50,737 nucleotides of DNA from Erysipelotrichaceae bacterium (lineage in GTDB: Bacteria; Bacillota_I; Bacilli_A; RF39; UBA660). The notes beneath the pieces were generated by a model. That model saw only the letters and a program-made list of their open reading frames with translations. It did not search any database and was not told the origin of the DNA. Below, one piece after another: positions 48,664-50,737 of the stretch. The stretch is from assembly GCA_022772985.1 (NCBI GenBank), contig JALEZJ010000103.1, positions 1 through 50,737 of the forward strand, written 5' to 3'. Position 1 is the stretch's first letter; every line of letters begins with the position of its first letter. The translations under genes were made by a program, and so were the position numbers.

Positions 48664-49734
48664 TTATGCAATATCTTTGTCATTTCCTTCTAATTTTCTT
48701 TTTTGATCTTCATTCATTAAGGCTTCTATTACGACTCCTAAATCTCCATCCATGATTCTATCTAGATTTATAGAAGTAAAACCAATTCGATGATCAGTAA
48801 GTCTATTTTGTGGATAGTTGTAAGTTCTTATTTTTTCACTTCTATCTCCTGTTCCAATTTTACTTCGGCGTTCTTTTCCTTCTGCTTCTTCTTTTTCTCT
48901 TAGTTTTAAATCATATAATCTAGTTTTTAAAATTTTAATAGCCATTTCTTTATTTTTGATTTGACTTCTTTCTACTTGAGAATATACAATAATTCCAGTT
49001 GGAATGTGGGTTAGACGAACGGCACTATCAGTGGTATTGACTCCTTGTCCTCCACACCCACTGCTTCTTGTAATATCAACACGTACTTCATTCATATCTA
49101 GTTCAAAGTCTAATTCTTCTGCTTCTGGCATTACTAGTACAGTTGCTGTTGAAGTGTGAACTCTACCTTGACTTTCTGTTGCAGGAACTCTCTGTACTCG
49201 GTGAGCACCACTTTCATATTTTAGTTTAGAATAGACATTTTCTCCTTTTACCATAAACTCAATATTGGTAAATCCACCAGCTGATCCTTCAATGCTGTTA
49301 GTTACATCTATTTTCCAACCTTCACGACTTGCATATTTCATATACATATCAAATAAATCTCCTGCAAAGATATTTGCTTCGTCTCCACCTGCTGCTCCTT
49401 TAATTTCTACTACAACATTTTTTTCATCATTTGGATCATGTGGTAATAGTAAAATCTCTAGTTGACTTTCTAATTTGCTCTTTTCTTCTTCTAGGGATAC
49501 TAGTTCTTCTTTGGCAAAAGCTCCTAGTTCACTATCTTTTGTAAGTTCTTTATCTTCTTCTATATTTTTTAATACTTGTTTATATTTATTATATAGTTCT
49601 ACTGTTTCTGATAGTCTCGTTTGTTCTTTCGATAATTCTGTCATTTTTTTTATATCTTGAATTATATCAGGACTAGATAATTGTTCTGTTATCTCTTGAT
49701 ATCTTTTTACGATGGCTTCTAATCTGTCTATCAT
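48664..49734 (-). CDS. prfA: Peptide chain release factor 1
   Basis: ESGAHRVQRVPATE (PxT motif), GGQ and DRSEKIRTYNYPQNR. Confidence 0.99.
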   Translation of the reverse strand: MIDRLEAIVKRYQEITEQLSSPDIIQDIKKMTELSKEQTRLSETVELYNKYKQVLKNIEEDKELTKDSELGAFAKEELVSLEEEKSKLESQLEILLLPHDPNDEKNVVVEIKGAAGGDEANIFAGDLFDMYMKYASREGWKIDVTNSIEGSAGGFTNIEFMVKGENVYSKLKYESGAHRVQRVPATESQGRVHTSTATVLVMPEAEELDFELDMNEVRVDITRSSGCGGQGVNTTDSAVRLTHIPTGIIVYSQVERSQIKNKEMAIKILKTRLYDLKLREKEEAEGKERRSKIGTGDRSEKIRTYNYPQNRLTDHRIGFTSINLDRIMDGDLGVVIEALMNEDQKRKLEGNDKDIA

Positions 49735-49825
49735 ATCAATCGCTCCTTTTCTTTTTATTATTCTATCATATTATAAAGAAGAAGGCAAAAAATATTTAGA
49801 ATATTTTTTAGGTATTCTAAATATT

Positions 49826-50518
49826 TTATTTTCGTTTTCTTGCTTTTATAAAAATGCTGTTATCTCCAAGGATGGTAGTGTTATTTATACTTAACTCTTT
49901 CATATCTTTTGAAAAATAACAACTTCCAACTCCAATTATTTTAGAAAAATCATATTTTGTCACGACATCATAAGAAATAATTCCTTCTGTTAAAGCTAAT
50001 CTAAACATTTTTAAGTCATGTCTTTTCCAGGCGTTTAAAGATTTTTGGCCTTTTTCTTTGTATGATTCTAAAGCTTGTTCTACCATGGTAGACGAACATT
50101 TGGGCCAAAGATTTTCAAATGGCATACAATGAATAATTCCTTTGCCAATAAATTGTTGTGCTATCTCATTATAATTTGTTGCATCTAGTTCTCCTAATAA
50201 ACTAGTAAATAAAAGAATACTATTTAAATAAGTACATTGGATTTTTTCTTTTATGTATTCACAGTCATCTCCAGTACTAGAAGTAATATATTGATTCATT
50301 AAAGTATTTCCTTCTCTTATATAGCCTGTTTTTAATATGGATTTAAAACTAGCTAATCCTTCTTGAGTTGATATTTGGTAGTTATTTATGTCTTCTCTAT
50401 TTATTAGTTCGTCCCTTAATTCTTTTAATTCATCTCTTCTTTTTACTTTTAATTTTCCTACTAATAAAGTATTTTCTGTATCTTGTGTTATAATCATATC
50501 GCGTTTTTGTTGTTCCAT
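49826..50518 (-). CDS. Hypothetical protein (about 230 aa)
   Basis: ATG at 50518 follows a GGGG purine run. The ORF-track TTG at 50578 coincides with a promoter -35. Confidence 0.75.
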   Translation of the reverse strand: MEQQKRDMIITQDTENTLLVGKLKVKRRDELKELRDELINREDINNYQISTQEGLASFKSILKTGYIREGNTLMNQYITSSTGDDCEYIKEKIQCTYLNSILLFTSLLGELDATNYNEIAQQFIGKGIIHCMPFENLWPKCSSTMVEQALESYKEKGQKSLNAWKRHDLKMFRLALTEGIISYDVVTKYDFSKIIGVGSCYFSKDMKELSINNTTILGDNSIFIKARKRK

Positions 50519-50549
50519 CACACTATTTCCCCCAATCAAAACGTTGTTT

Positions 50550-50578
50550 ATTTTAGCATATCTTTTTATTTCTGTCAA
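50550..50578 (-). promoter_or_regulatory. sigmaA promoter of the hypothetical gene
   Basis: TTGACA-17 bp-TAAAAT with an extended TG. Confidence 0.75.
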
Positions 50579-50737
50579 CTGTTAGTTATTTTTTGCCAGG
50601 ATAAATTCATAAACGTGGAAATAATAGATATTACTTATATAGTGTATTTATTATTTTTTCTATTTCATACTCAAAATCCATACTAATATTGAATCGAATT
50701 GAATTCATGCTTAACTTAGTTTGATTTTTGAATATTT

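Noticed and set aside
1419-50686. The many 60-140 aa plus-strand ORFs in the track (e.g. 3490-4050, 13413-13760, 45009-45431, 35830-36066)
   Set aside because: They lie antisense to, or overlap, well-supported minus-strand genes, lack an RBS and have shadow-ORF composition.
1-50737. Prophage, IS element, tRNA or rRNA genes
   Set aside because: No integrase, transposase or phage structural motifs, and no cloverleaf or rRNA-like GC-rich segments were seen.

Overview
Very AT-rich chromosomal window from a Bacillota (Firmicutes) bacterium using genetic code 11 (TGA ends nusG and spoIIR). The gene set and protein style suggest an uncultured, genome-reduced Bacilli lineage such as RF39; this placement is an inference. 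Almost all genes lie on the minus strand. The backbone is housekeeping: prfA-prmC, a P-type ATPase, an SDR, spoIIR-mntP, an Asn T-box ahead of gatCAB-aspS, dnaB-dnaI, dnaE, secE-nusG-rplK-rplA-rplJ-rplL with L1 and L10 leaders, rpoB-rpoC, and two flavoproteins. Between these conserved blocks sit many one- or two-gene islets of orphan proteins, with no integrase or transposase in view. They include a TPR protein fused to an EndoU-like RNase domain, an ADP-ribosyltransferase-like protein, a ClpX paralogue lacking the zinc finger and the RKH and IGF loops, a tandem P-loop kinase, a pair of paralogous two-TM coiled-coil proteins and a SUKH-like orphan. A 1157-aa repeat protein with a PcfJ-like core and a cold-shock-like partner are bracketed by 55-bp palindromic direct repeats. 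Many islet proteins end in basic K-rich tails. No rRNA, tRNA, CRISPR array or IS element was seen. All family calls come from reading motifs by eye, not from database searches.
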